This document shows, piece by piece, positions 35,635 to 36,983 of a DNA stretch of 36,983 bases. Within the stretch, counting starts at the first letter, position 1; the number at the start of each line of letters is the position of its first letter. Origin of the DNA: an uncultured bacterium (GTDB taxonomy: Bacteria; CAIJMQ01; JAADFP01; CAZSGC01); assembly GCA_964606225.1 (NCBI GenBank), contig CAZSGC010000002.1:1-36983 (forward strand), written 5' to 3'. The notes under the pieces are model-generated. The model made no database searches and had not been told where the DNA came from. It saw only the letters and a program-made list of their open reading frames with translations. A program made the position numbers and the translations under genes.

Positions 35635-36983
35635 TAGATTTCTGTAACTCTGGCTATGGAACTAACCCTATCTCCTTCGCTTAAGGAGATAAGTTTTACT
35701 CCCACTGTCTGCCTTCCCATTTTTCTAACCGAGGAGACCGGAAAACGCATGACCATTCCTCTCTCGGTAAGAAGTATTATGGAATCCTTTTCTTTAACTC
35801 CTGCTGCTCCAATTATTCTCCCATTTTTCTTAGTAATCTTAACCGCAATGACACCTTTCCCTCCTCTTCTCTGTAAGGGGAAGAGAGAATACTCTGTTCT
35901 CTTTCCATACCCTCTCTCACTTACCACAAATAGACTTTCTCCTTCCTTAAGCACTATCATTCCCACTATCTCATCCTCATCTCCTAACCGCATCCCCCTT
36001 ACTCCTCCTGCTGCTCTACCCATAGAACGTATCTCCTTCAAAGTAAACCTGATTCCCTTTCCCAGTTTACTTATAAGAATAACCTCTTCCTCTCCTTTTA
36101 CCAGACTAACTTCCTTCAACTCATCCTTTTCTTCTAAGGTCATCGCTATTATCCCTGTAGAACGGGGATGAGAGAAAGCAGAGAGAGGGGTCATCTTCAC
36201 TTTCCCCTTTCGGGTAACCATGAACACAAATCTCTGCAGATTGAAATCCTCAACTCTCAGGAAAGCAGTCAGTCTTTCTCCCTCTTGAAAAGGAAGAAGG
36301 TTAACTAAAGCCTTACCTCTGGAGAGTCTTCCTGCTGTGGGTATCTGAAAAGTTTTCAACCAATATACCTTCCCCAAGTTAGAGAAACATAAGAGGTAAT
36401 CATGAGTTAAGGTCACCATTAAACTCTTAACAAAGTCCTCTTCTTTGGCATCCATGCCCTTCAATCCTTTTCCTCCTCTCTCCTGCTTCCTATAGGTAGA
36501 GAGAGGAAGTCGTTTTATATAGCCGGAATCGGTAAGAGTGACCACCATCTCTTCCTGAGGAATTAAGTCTTCCACGCCCAATTCCGGTTCTTCTTCCACA
36601 ATCTCAGTTCGACGAGGGTCAGCATACTTCTCCTTCAACTTAAGAAGTTCCTCCTTTATCAGATTTTTTATCTGAAGAGGAGAAGATAACAGCGTCTCCA
36701 GTCTTACAATCTCTTTTATAACGGAAAGGTAATCCTCCTCCACCTTTTTTCGCTCCAGTCCAGTAAGTCTCTGCAACCTCATATCCAAAATAGCCTGAGC
36801 CTGAACCTCGGTAAGGGAAAATTTTTTTATCAAATTTTCCTTGGCTATCTCCACCGTGGAAGACTTCCTAATGGTGGAAATCACCTCATCTAAATGATCC
36901 AGAGCAATCTTAAGACCTTCCAAAATATGCGCTCTTTCTCGTGCCTTTTTTAACTCAAAGGTGAGCCTTCGAGTAACTACCTC
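35634..36983 (-). CDS. gyrA: DNA gyrase subunit A, C-terminal part (N-terminus beyond the right edge)
   Basis: The frame is open to base 36983: EVVTRRLTFELKKARERAHILEGLKIAL..., AQAILDMRLQRLTGLE. The beta-pinwheel CTD has the GyrA-box-like QERGGKG and repeated GVRGM/GGKGV blade motifs. Confidence 0.88.
   Translation of the reverse strand, partial: EVVTRRLTFELKKARERAHILEGLKIALDHLDEVISTIRKSSTVEIAKENLIKKFSLTEVQAQAILDMRLQRLTGLERKKVEEDYLSVIKEIVRLETLLSSPLQIKNLIKEELLKLKEKYADPRRTEIVEEEPELGVEDLIPQEEMVVTLTDSGYIKRLPLSTYRKQERGGKGLKGMDAKEEDFVKSLMVTLTHDYLLCFSNLGKVYWLKTFQIPTAGRLSRGKALVNLLPFQEGERLTAFLRVEDFNLQRFVFMVTRKGKVKMTPLSAFSHPRSTGIIAMTLEEKDELKEVSLVKGEEEVILISKLGKGIRFTLKEIRSMGRAAGGVRGMRLGDEDEIVGMIVLKEGESLFVVSERGYGKRTEYSLFPLQRRGGKGVIAVKITKKNGRIIGAAGVKEKDSIILLTERGMVMRFPVSSVRKMGRQTVGVKLISLSEGDRVSSIARVTEI

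Noticed and set aside
1-36983. Scan for CRISPR arrays, IS elements or transposases, integrases, prophage genes, toxin-antitoxin pairs and long tandem repeats.
   Set aside because: None found by eye. Every stretch longer than about 170 nt is accounted for by a recognisable housekeeping gene or stable RNA. The RHH ORF at 35024 has no adjacent toxin-like partner and matches NikR instead.

Overview
This is a compact, AT-leaning bacterial chromosomal segment. Coding strands are strongly purine-rich and the proteins are Lys/Glu-rich, which suggests a thermophilic or deep-branching lineage that I cannot name from sequence alone. Content is almost entirely housekeeping, and genes are packed with overlapping stop/start codons. 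In order: (1) a minus-strand dcw cluster, mraZ-rsmH-ftsL-ftsI-murE-murF-mraY-murD-ftsW-murG-murC (1-11647; murC runs off the left edge and is absent from the ORF track). (2) rpoN on the plus strand. (3) Minus-strand valS-rpoZ-coaBC-pfkA. (4) An essentially gap-free plus-strand array: dnaJ, tRNA-Ser(TGA), a small membrane ORF, tRNA-Arg(GCG), tRNA-Ser(CGA), tRNA-Ser(GCT), a long Alu-domain SRP RNA, dnaX-ybaB-recR, then V/A-type ATPase subunits A and B. (5) Minus-strand radical-SAM (AmmeMemoRadiSam-type)-glnA-TPR. (6) Plus-strand acpP-fabF, an acyl-CoA dehydrogenase with one in-frame TGA, etfB-yicC-gmk-nadK, and a 55-aa NikR-like RHH remnant (hand-called). (7) Minus-strand gyrA (partial)-archease. 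I saw no mobile elements, CRISPR arrays, defence islands or large unexplained non-coding stretches, and no convincing novel multi-gene system. The points worth a second look are local. They are the TGA-interrupted ACAD with an etfB lacking etfA; an orphan V-ATPase A/B pair translationally coupled to recR; a membrane ORF embedded among tRNA genes; a bacterial tRNA-Arg(GCG); a truncated nikR; archease coupled to gyrA; phased GTGG repeats at the mraZ 5' end; and operator-like palindromes inside the putative acpP and dnaJ promoters.
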